From the NCBI GenBank assembly GCA_010093745.1, contig MU005994.1, positions 62,001-126,000 on the forward strand: a stretch of 64,000 bases of DNA, written 5' to 3'. Origin of the DNA: Piedraia hortae CBS 480.64. Lineage: Eukaryota. The position numbers were made by a program, and so were the translations under genes. Position 1 is the first letter of the stretch; each line of letters begins with the position of its first letter. The notes beneath the pieces were generated by a model. The model was not told the DNA's origin and did no database searches. It was given only the letters and a program-made list of their open reading frames with translations. Positions 1-12,704 of the stretch are shown one piece after another.

Positions 1-174
1 GGCATGTTCAAGAATGACCGCACACCGGAACAGCTGTATTATCTGCGCACCCACCAGGTTCAATCATCCGACTCGACCTACTCGATGCTTCACGTGCTAC
101 TGTGCAACATCGTCGAATTCCAAAACACATCTACGATTCTCATCTTCGATACCACTGCTGGCAGGTGAGAGGAC

Positions 175-541
175 TGTTGGATTGAAGCATCGCAGCTAGC
201 GCGTATGCGGGGCTCCTGCATAGCAAGTCAGCGAGACCTCCTACACTACCAGCTGCACCCTAGGTTTTTCCCTCACAGAGGTTTTCCCTCAGGGTCATGT
301 AATATGTGACATGGTGAATGCGCCCTGCTGGTGTAAGACGTGACGTCACCGGCCCACCGGTGCCGAATATTTATCCTGAACGTCCCCTCATAGAGATAGA
401 TAGTCATTCACACTGTCATTTTGACACTGGTATTGACTCATATACATATACATCTGCATCTGTCCTGTCCCTGATTTTGTCTATCGCTTCGTCCTCGTCG
501 GGCCGCTGCGCACTCTCACCCACAGGAGCCCAATCGCTACA
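175..541 (+). mobile_element. LTR, family A (retrotransposon LTR)
   Basis: Starts TGTTGG, ends GCTACA; colinear with copies at 57315, 58881 and 61698 (shared core CAGCTGCACCCTAGGTTTTTCCCTCACAGAGG). No TSD (AGGAC / TTCCG). Confidence 0.85.
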
Positions 542-775
542 TTCCGGTGCTCAGATGAAACGGTTCAATAAGTCCCAACAACGAGGACAATCAGAACTGC
601 TATCTACTGGGAAGCTAGAATACTATAAACCAATCTAGAAGCGCCGTTCATCTGCGCGTGGTAGTGAGTGTAGTTATGAATAACTAGCAAGGCGCGTTGG
701 TGTATTAAATTCCCTGTGCGCTTAGGCGGCGCGGGTCGACCCGCGCGCACTTACAGCCTTTCCTCAACAGTAAGA

Positions 776-1864
776 ATGCCTTCAAATACTCGCTGTCAAC
801 CTCTTATTGAGATTACCAATCAACGAAAATCTCGCCATGATATTTTTGAGTGGCAGGGGGGTGCCATTGTTGCGAGGTACAACGCTTGGGAAGGACCTGT
901 CAATGTCTCTAATGCAGAAGGACTCCCCCAATCTACTGTGACCAATATCATTCGTCGAGCGAAGCAGGACAAGAGCGTGGAGAATAGGCCGAGGTCTGGA
1001 AGGCCGAAGAAGGCGAATAAACGTGATGAGCGGGCGATACTACGTTGTATCCGCCTAAAGCCCAAAATGACATATCAGGAGTTGGTGCAAGAAGTTGGGC
1101 TGACCCTGAGCCGCCAAACGTACCGGCAAATTCTTCAAGACTCTAAAATTGCTTATTAGAAGGCCAGGAAGCGTCATGCCCTTAACCAGGAAACTGCCAA
1201 CAAGCGACTAAGATGGGCAAGGCAGCATCAAGACACAGACTGGGGCGTCCTGGATATTCTCGTACGAGTGCTCCGTTGAAACAGGGGCGGGAAATAAGCC
1301 CTAAAGGGTTTTCGGAGCTCCAGGCAACAAGTTGGATAAGGCCTTTGTCCAAGATTACTCAAAAGGTAAGCAAGGCCGCGTAATGGTCTGGGCAATGACT
1401 GGCAAAACGATCGAGGAAAGCCATCTTGTCGTCATGTAGCGTGATCTCACCTCGCGTAGCCAAGGCCACACCTCTCGATCTTACGTCGCAGCCATGCAGG
1501 CCGGGCTGCTGCAACATTACAATGGGCAGGTATTCCAGCAGCACAACGCCCGAATCCATATCCTCGTCAGGCGATGGCCTTTCTTCGGGTCCAGGGGGTC
1601 AGGATGATTGACGACTGGCCGCGGTACAGCCCAGACCTGAATCCTATCGAGCAAATTTGGGGTTTTTTGAAGTGGAAGGTCTACGAGATCAAACCAGACA
1701 TTGACTGCATAAGAAATAAAGTAAAGCAAATGGCCATGCTCGAAGAAGTTCTGCCAATCGTTTGGAAGCAGATTTATCGTGGAATCGTGGAAAACCTGGT
1801 CGACTGCATGATAGAGCGCGTTGAGGCCATCATCTTGGCTGACGACTGGTACATTCGCTTTTAG
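776..1864 (+). pseudogene. Degenerate Tc1/mariner (impala-like, DD34E-type) transposase
   Basis: HTH region with RPRSGRPKK; WIFSYECS (first D lost), VMVW, FQQHNARIH (second D lost), WPRYSPDLNPIEQIW; in-frame stops and frameshifts. TIRs not found. Confidence 0.9.
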
Positions 1865-2029
1865 TTCACGATAGATCATTCATTCATCTTGTTGAGCCCT
1901 TTCCAATACTATTTTTAAGTTGCGGGTCTTCACGATGTTGTTGGCTGAAGTAGTGTTGCTTCAAACTTGACAGCATCTGGGCTGAATCGGAAAGGTGTTG
2001 AACTTCGGGATCTTGCGCGTGATTACCAT

Positions 2030-2120
2030 GATCAACATCCTTTCATGTATGCAGCATACATAACCATACAATTATTCACGTCTTAGTGTACTCGCACTAT
2101 CAGTTCGTCCCCATTAACTC
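2030..2120 (+). repeat. Dispersed repeat family C fragment (possible old LTR)
   Basis: About 90 bp matches the reverse complement of 55833-55925 (GGGGACGAACTGATAGTG.GAGTACACT.AGACGTGAATA). Confidence 0.7.
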
Positions 2121-3844
2121 CCTTACATCGCCGGCAGTTTAATACTTGTCCTTGCACTTGCAGTCACCTTGGGCATTGCAAGGACTGCATCCAATGTCCA
2201 CCTCGTATTCATACATCTGAGTGCATCGCAAACGATGCCTTTTGCTGACCGCGCGGCCAAAGACTTTGATAGGAACAAATAAGCTGAAAGGCAGCCCAGA
2301 TGTCCGTGACAATGTTTGTGAACTTTGTGATAGATCTAAGCGTTAGGTAACTCACTGTACCGAGATATTATTCCTGCAAAGGTCCTCTAACCTTCAAAAT
2401 CATGACAATCTATCATACCACATATATACTTCTTCTAACATTCCCTATGAATTTTATGCCGATCGGAGACGAAACTCAAGTCAATCACAGTTTTTGTCAG
2501 TTTATTCACCTGTCTATGAAAGTATTCGCTAACGTACAGCAGACGACTGCCTAGCTGCCAACGGCTGTCTTGGATGCCAGATAATGGTGGAGTGCCCCAT
2601 CCATCATCCAATCTGTAAGAGCCCACTTCAGAGTTTGTGTATTAATGACTGACACGTTGGACAGGGCGCAGTATATCCGCCCTCATCCTGACCCCTGCGG
2701 CCATGGCGCCTTTGTGGAAATATCCCATGGTCAATGGCTCGGGTATGCAGGACCATCATACACAACCACCGTACTATAAGTTTCCCGTCCATATTCGCGG
2801 ATACCATCTAACGCAAAGTAGCTGATGACGTTGGCTCCGCGCCCGCTAGTAAGCCCCGACTCTGCCCCGATGAGGCCAGCAGACAGAGCCTAACCCATAT
2901 GCTGGGCTCAACGCGACAGCTTCCCGAGTGTAGCGACGCTACTTATGTTCAAAACCGCGCATTCTTCGTGAATATGCTTCATGTATTGAATGGGGCGACA
3001 TAACAATACACACAGGCCTACGTGTACCCTAATTTACGTGGAGTTAGGTATATTAATTGTTCTGCATGAATGATGTTTCTGGCCCTTAGTGGTCAAGTAT
3101 CACTGGTGTGGACAGGAAACAGCGATGGAAGAAAGACAACGCGACTGCCCGCCCGAGCCGGCGGGCGGAACTATATACAAGAAAACAACTAATCTATTAG
3201 CGACAAAAATGTCGATCATACGATCGACATGCCGAGGCACCGGCAAGGATCGACATTATGCCACCTCTCGTATCAAGCAATCCTTTGTACCAGTGAGACC
3301 CATGTTTCATATAATATTCTTACTGCTGAAATATATATCTCTTGTCATTTTACATGCTAAAGAGTTGGCCATACGTGCTCCCTGCCTTAGCTCTTTCACA
3401 TTGAATCAAAGACAGCTCTCTTCGTCTCTGTCATCGTTTCCGCCGTTAGTCTAGTTAAGCTTGCCCAAGTGGGATTTGCAATGGAGACCGAGGACTGGAA
3501 TGAAGCTGGGAACATTGTTTTTGGGCATCAGCCAGGGCCATGATATCGAATCAAGGGAGGGACCAGCGCATATAGGCTTTGAACGCAAACAGATCCATGT
3601 AAATGCCTTTCGTCTTGATGTGCAGCGTGAAATGGCCCATGGACAATTCCCCTTTGTCCACACTTGGGGGATAAATTTGCAGATAACAGTAACTCCAACT
3701 CGTCCAGGGTATGATCCATCCTTGTCGGCAATGGATAGCTGGCTGGCGGAAGCGTCTTTGCAGACTGAGCGGCGATAACAGAAACGTGCTCATGGAAGAC
3801 GCTAGGAGCTGGTAGACCAGTCCCCGTTTGGCTCAACTCGATAA

Positions 3845-4220
3845 TGTTGGCATGAAGTCTCGTTGCTATCAGTGTACGATGCCACTGCGCGACACCTCTT
3901 ACACCAGCAGCTGCACCCTAGGTTTTGTCCTCACAGAGGTTTCCCTCAGGGTCATGTCGCATGCGACATGGTGAATGCGCCCTGCTACTGTTATGAGGTG
4001 AGTCATGGAGTAAGACTGCATGCTGACAGTCTTACTGCATGTATGACCACTTGCTTATGGTCATACAATTGATGACTCTTCATACGAGGCTACGCACGGG
4101 CCTTCCAGCCCAGAATATATTCTCTGATGTTCCCTCGAAGATATACTTGTATTCACTCATAAAACACATCTCTACTTTCCATCCATCGTTCTCACTCATA
4201 CATACTATCTGTCTTCGTCA
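3845..4220 (+). mobile_element. Solo LTR, family B (376 bp)
   Basis: TGTTGG...CGTCA termini; near-identical inverted copy at 10534-10909; shares its core with family A. Flanks GATAA / GTTCA. Confidence 0.92.
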
Positions 4221-7200
4221 GTTCATCGTGAGCCATAAGGATCATAGTTCCGGGTGTGGGCAAGAAGTAGTACAGCAATGAGCATGGAAAGCAGGACGAA
4301 GGATTGAAGCTTGGAATCGTGGACTCCAAGGCCGAGGTTGGAAGATAAGATATGGCTGGGATTGGATGAGACGATCTGGGCAAGAGGGAATTCGGGCACA
4401 GGACAAACTTTCTGTGGACGTGCTTCTCAGCGCCTGGAGGAGCATTGCACTGGAAACAATGCCAAGCGTACTCAACTTTGAGAGCACGAATGCTCGAAGT
4501 TCGCCCGCTCGCTAAGGCTGATAATGCCTTGCCCTTGCCAACATTGAGCAAGGTAGATATACGTGGACGAACTTGGCAGGTGGATCATTACAAGATATCT
4601 TCTCCATCGTTACTAGCTCGCCAATATTCTTGAAAGCAGGTTAACACAGTATTGTGGGCATTGCCGGGTGAATCAAATCAGTCAGCTTGTAAGACTTTCG
4701 ATTGAGCAATTCAGATAATGTCTCAATGGAAAACAGAAGCTCCACCATGACACTAGCAGATTGCATAGTCTGGTGGCAAGCACTGTTTCATCTCCTCGAA
4801 GGAGCACCCTGGGGCGAAAGTCGGCTATCGTTGAGGAGGGTCGGGCCAGACGTTCTTTGAATCACACTTTACAGGCCGGCGGCACTAAATTGCGGATCTG
4901 GTCTGGGTCACCCCTTTTCCCTCTGACGGTCTTTGCTGGCTCCGATGCTGACGGCAGTATGGCGCATATGACGCTGGAGCTTGTGCGCGTTCTCAGACCT
5001 GCCGGCAAAAGATGCAGAGTCCAGACACAAGAACTCCACGTGGGTTAACTGCGGCAAAGTCTTAGTCAATCCACGTGGAATTAGCTATGAATGAACAAAA
5101 GCATGATCGGGAATCCATGCCTGTCGAACCGGAAGAGCTGATCGGGGTGTTGCAGTTCCGAGACGAGGAAGTCTTCTTTCCGGGTTTGCAAAAGCAATGT
5201 CAAAGACCGAAGTCGGCCAAGCGCTAAACCTTGGTCAGGGCTTTGCAAGATTTGAGGGTCGGGCTGGGGTTGCGGAGCAAGACGGTTGGGGTAGGATAGC
5301 ATTTTTACTGCTGGAAGACCAAACCACGAGGATGGAGGCAATGATGAGCATGCTGTCTTCCCTCTTCTTGCTTCCCAGATCTGTCTCCAGGCCAGCTCTG
5401 GCTTGATCAGATAGAATTCGCCAGCAACCTGCTTCCACGGCTGACAGGTCCACGACGTGCCATTTTCGGCACTTTGACCTTTTATGTTTTCATAAAGCCC
5501 GATCTCCTCTGTGAACAGCGGCTGCCCTGCGTTTCGGCGAAACTATATATAACAAACTTGCCCCGATGCCTATGTTCCTCCAAGCTTAGGCTGGGTGCTC
5601 TGCCAGTTCAAAACCTGTCAGCAACTTCAGTACTGGATCATTGACAAGCGCAACACTGGTACCAATACTGGGCTTCACAAGTTCTAGCCTGAACATTGTT
5701 TCCGTCCAAGAAGGTGGTTGGAATTCTTTACCGCTACTCGAACCGGGGAGTCAGCGTATGCCCACGGAGAAATGTTGCTGCTCTCTTGCGGGCTGGCTGC
5801 ACATGAATGCAGACTCCAATGTCCATCCCCACTCGAGTCAATCATTGAACTTGAGCCTTACTGTTGTTGTGAAAAATTGGGAAGGAGTTTTTCAGTTGCG
5901 TCTGGAGCACGACTATGAAGATGTTAGGGGAAGGGCAAGAGAGGGGGTTGATAGACGATTACGTGGTGCATTTGTACAAGCTAAGCACAAGCTAGTACTG
6001 GATATCTCACGGGAGCATTGCGCTGGAAGTTTTTCAGATCTGTCATTGTTGTCCTCCACGACGTGCCCTTGAAGATAATGTACGTAAACTTCACCGGTTC
6101 CGGGGAACGATGCAGAGAAGATCTGCTCTGTCCTTCTGCTTCCGAAAAGAAATGCAGAGCATGAGCCCATTGTCTTCCGTGAAACATCCTAACTACATCA
6201 CCATTTGCTGCCCTCTCCATAGACCATATGTTCGATTCCTTACAAAAAGAGTTCCCCTAAAGACTCAGGGTTTGGACATTTATACTTTCGGTTTACTCAG
6301 TATAGCAATCTCCACGAATTCCTCGGTTCACTCCTCAGCGGTCTTATCATCGTGACTTGCCGTGAAGGCCATTCGTTGCAGTGGCCCAGGGGTTCGTGGA
6401 ACCAAGGTGCGGCCGCTTATCTCGGAAGTTGTAATGCCTTTAGCAAGCAAGCGCCCTCCGGCTGCGCCAGGGATCCACTCGACACGGCGCTCACTCATCG
6501 TGGTCGTGAGCATTACGGCCAGATCATCACTGCCTTCTTTCGTGGTGGAAGCGGCGAGCGTCGTTCCGAGACTTGTAAGCCAAGTTGCCGCCTGGGCTGC
6601 AAATGGCCCACTCTGGTTTGCTTGAAGGACGTTGACGAGGTTCTTCGCGGAACCCAGGGAGGTCGTAGGAACGTTAGGATATCAAGCGCGACCAGTTCAA
6701 ACGCGGTGATCATTGACTTGGAGCTTGGGCGCCAAAAGGGGCCGTCTCCAGCTTTCGGTCCAGGACGGCCGTTGAGTCAGCATCAGTTTGGTTTCGTTTG
6801 GAGCTGCTTCAGGTCGTCATGCTTCGTTCCAACCTTTCTTCAGCTTGCTTGCCGTTCGCCCAACTTCACCATTACATCGCGGATAAAGTTTTCCGGCAAA
6901 GAGATAAAACCCATCACTGTGATCCCTACATGCTGAGCCAGACTTCTCTTTCTCATGCCAATACCAGGCGCACATCGAAGTGAAGACGCAACTCCATGAA
7001 GTGAACGGGTTCAAGCTTGCCATCTATCTTGGTCACCAACGGCATTGGCTAACAACTGGTGGTCTCTCCTCTGCAGTCCATGACGTCTAGAACTAACATG
7101 GCCACACACCCTTCTCCAACAGGTGGAGTTTACTGACCTGGCCTCAGAAGCGGCGCCGAGGGTGTCGAGGGTCTGCAGGACAAGTTGTTGCCAATACGGT

Positions 7201-8317
7201 TCAGTATGGTCCGAACTCCGCCCTCCATGTACCAAAGACCCCGCTCACTGCCAGTAAGGAAGCGCTGTGGCATTTCCTTGCATGCGAGCTGATTACCGAC
7301 AGCGGTAATGGAAGAAAACGAGGCAGCGTCAAGCATAGAAAGTGCGGAAGATTTAATTGTATCCCTCGCAGTCTTAGACGAAGAAGCGCTCCAAGGGCGA
7401 CATTGCCGTGATGGTTGTGGTGAATCTCGTTGGTGGCAGACCCAACGACCGGACACACGGCCTGTCCCATCTAAGAGAATTTGCCTTCCTGATAAAAGGA
7501 TTGCCCCGATCATTTTCATCCTGGAGAGTTCTAAGGCGCCGATGGCGTCTTTACCCATACAGGCTAGCAGCACACTGTGTAGCTAACGGAAGGGCCTTCG
7601 TAGACCGCGGCCTTCCAGCTGTCTTTACTACAGGCGAAGTCGATTCGCAAGCCGTGTGTCGCCTCCAAAAAAGGTACCCTTCCAGCGCTTGGGGCTGCCG
7701 CCTGCCGGCGCTCCCATCGTTTGATCAGGCTTCTTCTTCTTCTGGCCCTTGCCTTTTATAGCCAAGCTGGCCAGGAACCTTGTCCAGTTCTTCTGCTGTC
7801 CTTTTCTCCAGCGGTCGTTCCCCCTGCCCGGCCTCGCCGCCTCTTCAACTACGTTTGGCGGAAGTTTGTTGGATGAGCCGCTATGGCTGACTGTTGGCAT
7901 GCTTCACATGGGAAATGACGACTCTGGCGTGTAGATAGGCCTCTATGGGTGGACGGGCAGTAAATATTGATGCCATTGAAAGAACGGTTGGCGACTCTAA
8001 AGTTTGGAAAAAATAATTGCTATATTCAGTCTGATAACATTACTCGGCCAATGGTCTTGCCTGAAAACTACGCTACCAAAGCAGATACTGGGCTCCAAAG
8101 CTCTTCAGATGCTCAACTGCACCATTTTGTTTCCTCGCCCCCCAAAAATTTGCGTCATATCACGTGCAGCTGCTGAATTATATGCAGGTGGGGCCCACGC
8201 AGCCTCCCTTCTTCAACGCAACGTCGATTTTCTCTTCTACTATTCCACCACCACCCACTTCAAACCAATCTCCACCCAATTCGTTTTCAACACACACGCG
8301 ATATCTCTCTGCTTACC

Positions 8318-9541
8318 ATGTCTTCCTCTACCAAAGGCGTGCACTTCGGTGCCGGCAATATCGGCCGCGGCTTTGTTGCCGAGTTCTTGCACAACTCGGG
8401 CTTTGAGGTCGTTTTCGTTGATGTGATGGATGCCGTCATCGACTCGCTCCAGAAGACCAAATCTTACACCGTCACCGAAGTTAGTGATGAAGGTGAGCAT
8501 GACTTTACGATCGACAACTACCGTGCCCTCAATTCCAAGACCGACATGGAAAGTGTCATTCAGGAAATTGCCACGGCCGATACAGTTACTTGTGCCGTTG
8601 GTCCGAACATCTTGAAATTTATTGCGGAGCCTATTGCCAAGGGCATCGCCGCTCGTAAGGCCGAAAAACCCATCGCAGTGATTGCCTGCGAGAACGCTAT
8701 TGGTGCCACCGACACCCTTCGCCGCTTCATTGAAGAAAAGATGGATTCAGAGACGAAGGATAAGATTGGTGAACTAGCTCGCTTTGCCAATTCCGCGGTT
8801 GACCGCATTATCCCCATCCAGCCCGACAACGCTGGCCTTAACGTGCGCATTGAGAAGTTCTATGAGTGGTGTGTTGAGAAGAGCCCGTTTTTGCCTATGG
8901 AGCCCCCTGCCATCAAGGGTGTACACTATGTCGAGGATTTGAAACCGTACATCGAGAGAAAGCTGTACACGGTGAACACGGGCCACGCAACGGCAGCCTA
9001 TTACGGCTACCAGTACGGGGTCAAGTACATCCACGACACCCTCGCTAATCAGGATCTCAAGATAAAGGTGGTGGAGGTGTTGATGGAGACTTCTGACCTG
9101 ATCTGCACGATCCACCCCCACGTAAGTCGTGAGGAGCAGGCTGAGTATATGAAAAAAATTATTAGCCGCTTTTCAAATCCGGCATTGCGTGACAACATCG
9201 AGCGCGTGGGTCGCGCTCCCTTGCGGAAGCTCGGTCGCCGTGATCGCCTCATTGGTCCCGCTGCTCAGTTAGCGGATCTAGGTCAATCCTGTAAGGCCTT
9301 GCTAGGAGGTGAGAATATCAGACTTCTTCAAGGGAAAGACTAACGTTGGACCTCAGCCATTGAGATGGCTCTACGTTTCACCAATGTGCCGGGCGATGAC
9401 GAGTCCGTTCAGCTGTCGAAAATACTCAAGTCGGATGATGCGACCACGGCCACCAAAAAAATTACCGGGCTTGAGGAATCCCACCCGGTCTTTAATGGCG
9501 TGTCTGATAAGGTCAAAAAGGTTCAGAATGAGATTGCTTAG
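8318..9541 (+). CDS. mpdA: Mannitol-1-phosphate 5-dehydrogenase
   Basis: [57 protein letters not shown]; one intron 9309-9356 (GTGAGA..CTAAC..CAG) restores the C-terminus AIEMALRF...EIA*. Confidence 0.96.
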
Positions 9542-9769
9542 GTACTGGGCTGCCAGAAATCAGAGCTGTTAAGTAGATACATGCAATAACTTTCCCAAAT
9601 CGCGTCAATGAGTAAAAGTTGCTTTTGCAACCGCTTAGGAAGATATCTATAGGCCATCGAAAAGGCTCGCGGTCACTTAAAAAGTCGGCGTTAAGTATGA
9701 AGTGGATAACGATTCTCAGGGCACGCATAACTATGACACCATAGCAGTAAGGCTGCTCCTTACGTCCTA

Positions 9770-9970
9770 TCTGCCGTCCTCTCCACGTCCCCCTTCACAT
9801 TTCCATGTCTTCTTCACGCTCCCATCCCGTCCTTCTCCTTCACCTCCATCCTGTCCTCCATTTCCTTCCACCCCCTGCTCCCCCTTTCCTCTCCTCTCCA
9901 TCTTCCCCCACATCCCCTCCCTTCTCTTGTCCCCGCTGCCTCTTCTATGCTTCTTAGGCCCCCTTTCGTT
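9770..9970. repeat. Pyrimidine-rich (C/T) low-complexity tract
   Basis: Strongly C/T-rich on the + strand for about 200 bp. Confidence 0.7.
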
Positions 9971-10533
9971 TTCGCTGTCGAACACTTGTTATCCTGTGCG
10001 CATCCCCCTCAAGGACGCCACCTTTGGCCTGATTCGAAGGCATCTTCAGAAGATTGTTCCAGGATGACATAAGTTGTTCAGTGTGTATGTACTGGACCGA
10101 GAAATTTCCAGAAAGAACAAAAGAAACAAATTCGCTATCGTGGGAAACTCGGAGCCAGTAAGAAGACGGCTCGGGAGTGACGAACTTGGCGGAGTAATGT
10201 CGAGATCACTGATGTCGGAGGCAAGGATTTCGGTGTAACGCTTCATGACTCGAGTCTTGAAGAGTTGGACGAGAAATGGAGACTGAGTGTGCGTTTTTTC
10301 TTATGCGCATGGAGTTTTCGAGCTCCTTCCGCGTTCGCTAAGATGACGTCACTACTGACCCGCTCCACCGTGTAGCAATTCCACCATTATGTGCATCTGT
10401 TATTAAGAATGAAAATTTCTGTCTTCCAATGCAAAAACCGATCGACCTCAGCCAGGAAGAACTGTCTAGGCCTCATACCAGCTCTTCAAAGACGAGACAT
10501 GGGAACAAATTTCGGGCAATATCTCTGATTATC

Positions 10534-10909
10534 TGACGAAGACAGATAGTATGTATGAGTGAGAACGATGGATGGAAAGTAGAGATGTGTTTTATGAGTG
10601 AATACAAGTATATCTTCGAGGGAACATCAGAGAATATATTCTGGGCTGGAAGGCCCGTGCGTAGCCTCGTATGAAGAGTCATCAATTGTATGACCATAAG
10701 CAAGTGGTCATACATGCAGTAAGACTGTCAGCATGCAGTCTTACTCCATGACTCACCTCATAACAGTAGCAGGGCGCATTCACCATGTCGCATGCGACAT
10801 GACCCTGAGGGAAACCTCTGTGAGGACAAAACCTAGGGTGCAGCTGCTGGTGTAAGAGGTGTCGCGCAGTGGCATCGTACACTGATAGCAACGAAACTTC
10901 ATGCCAACA
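10534..10909 (-). mobile_element. Solo LTR, family B (376 bp)
   Basis: Reverse complement of 3845-4220; I see one mismatch (LTR position 15). Flanks in its own orientation GTTCA / GATAA. Confidence 0.92.
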
Positions 10910-11687
10910 TGAACCTCCTGCGGTTAGAAAGTGAAAAGCACAAGCGCAGATCTCGAAACCGACCGGCCTTTTACTACTTCAGATCTCTTCTTGAATTAAA
11001 GTGAGGCTCTCAATTTGACAAAGTGGACGGGACACCGGTCGTTAAATGTCAGAGTTTATATGAAAGCGATACGGGGAGTTGAAGCAGAACATGTCTAAGC
11101 ACTGTGGCCCAGGATAAATAGAATTAATCGAGATCCGGGCGCTCCAATGTTATGTCTCGTCGGGGATAGTGGCCTTTGGAGCATTCTTTGACTTTGGATT
11201 AATATCTTAAAACTTGACATTACTTATCCAGGTATCCATTGCATTTTGTGGACTGAGGACTCCTCAATCTGAGTTGTGTGCCGCTACTTGTATTTCTAAG
11301 ACCTTTTAAAAAAAATTTATCTATGTCCACGGCGCCGCTTTTGGCCTTGCGATGACCTCTCACAGCGCTCTTTGGAGGCTTATTAAAACACGCAAGGCAA
11401 CTTGCTGTGGCTTCAATGAGGTTTTTGCAAATGTGAGTTGGCCTCATTGTGGTTGGTCATTCCCACAGAGACTTGATGTCATCATATTTGTTTGCAGGGG
11501 TTGCATGGCATCATCTGAATCGGGTAATTAATAACAGGGCTAAATTAGCGTTGAATTTTGTATGTTGCTTTCGGTCTGCTGTCACGAGCCAACTCCACTT
11601 GTGTGAAACCCCCTCCATCCTCTTTCAAAATACCTCTTCCACAGCACGGAGCACTCCCTCCGCAAGACCAATATATCTCAGCACCCT

Positions 11688-12451
11688 ATGGATCTTTACG
11701 CCGGGGAAGCCTCTGACTATCGCTTTTCTGCCATAGCTGCGGCATCCACCAGTGAGTTTTTTCCCCGCTCAATCGTTTGATTAATGACAATGCAGACAAC
11801 GTACCGCGTCGTCCCGCCAAGATGGCTTCACTCCCTGATCCTTATGAAACGGAGCCGGACATTGAGCGCGAGAAGCTCATGTATGCTTTATACGGTGGAG
11901 GAAGTGAAGAGGAGGAAGGCCACAAGACCAGATCGGAGGGCTCGAAAAAGACGGACTCCAGCGCTGTGACGAAGCAACGCAAAAAGCTGAACAAGTCCAG
12001 CATGCCACCCAAGACGACCTTCGAGTTGGATCCATGTCGTCCATCTTTCTTGTTGGTGCGTCCGGTCGACAACTACGGATACCTCCCAGACGGCAGTTAC
12101 TTCGAGATTAACCCTCCCACGGACGAGAAGGCTACCAAGACACCGTTCTGGCAGCATGCCGCTGAAAAACACGCCGCTGGAGCTTATGAGGCCCTCAGCG
12201 AGGCTACTATTCAAAGTCACATTATCGAGAACAGCGGAATCCTCGACACAAAGGACGCTATAAAGCAGCGGGATGCATTCGATCATAGAGAAGGACCGGC
12301 CATGATAAATATTTTTGAGACTCAATGTGTACTGCGACGATGGCCAACTTCAGCGTCATGGCAGTTAACGAAGGGTGGTAAGACCGGGCTTATGCAGCAG
12401 ACGCACTCACGGTTTATCAATGCACAACGTGTTCATTCATTGCAGAGTTAG
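11688..12451 (+). CDS. Orphan protein A (putative paralog of 12705-13532)
   Basis: ATG 11688, intron 11752-11795 (GTGAGT..CAG) joins in frame to the 224-aa ORF; no recognisable domain. Confidence 0.6.
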
Positions 12452-12704
12452 GCTAGTAGAATGACAGATATCCAATCTTTTACCCGACTTGGTCTAACCT
12501 TTTACTAGAGCAAATGAATGGCATCCTCAATTTTGCATGCATGTACGGTGAGGTATAAAGTACAGTCTAGGTCATGGCCATTTTAGCGCAGTGTCTATGT
12601 ACACATGGACTGGATACCCCCCTTTAATACCCTGGCTTCCTACTATTACCGGTAGAGAATCATCATCACAGCTTCAGTCGCGATAGAATACCCTCGTCAG
12701 ACAT

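Noticed and set aside
3863..4281. Duplicated ORFs MLSVYDAT... and MYDHLLMV... (also at 10473-10891)
   Set aside because: Chance frames inside the family B LTR copies, not genes.
4240..7900. Possible decayed genes on the minus strand (weak LRR-like bits such as LPQLTHVEFLCL)
   Set aside because: Too fragmented to support a model or family.
3845..10909. Composite transposon or full LTR retrotransposon
   Set aside because: Repeats are inverted rather than direct, outer flanks differ (GATAA vs TGAAC), and there is no gag/pol or transposase inside.
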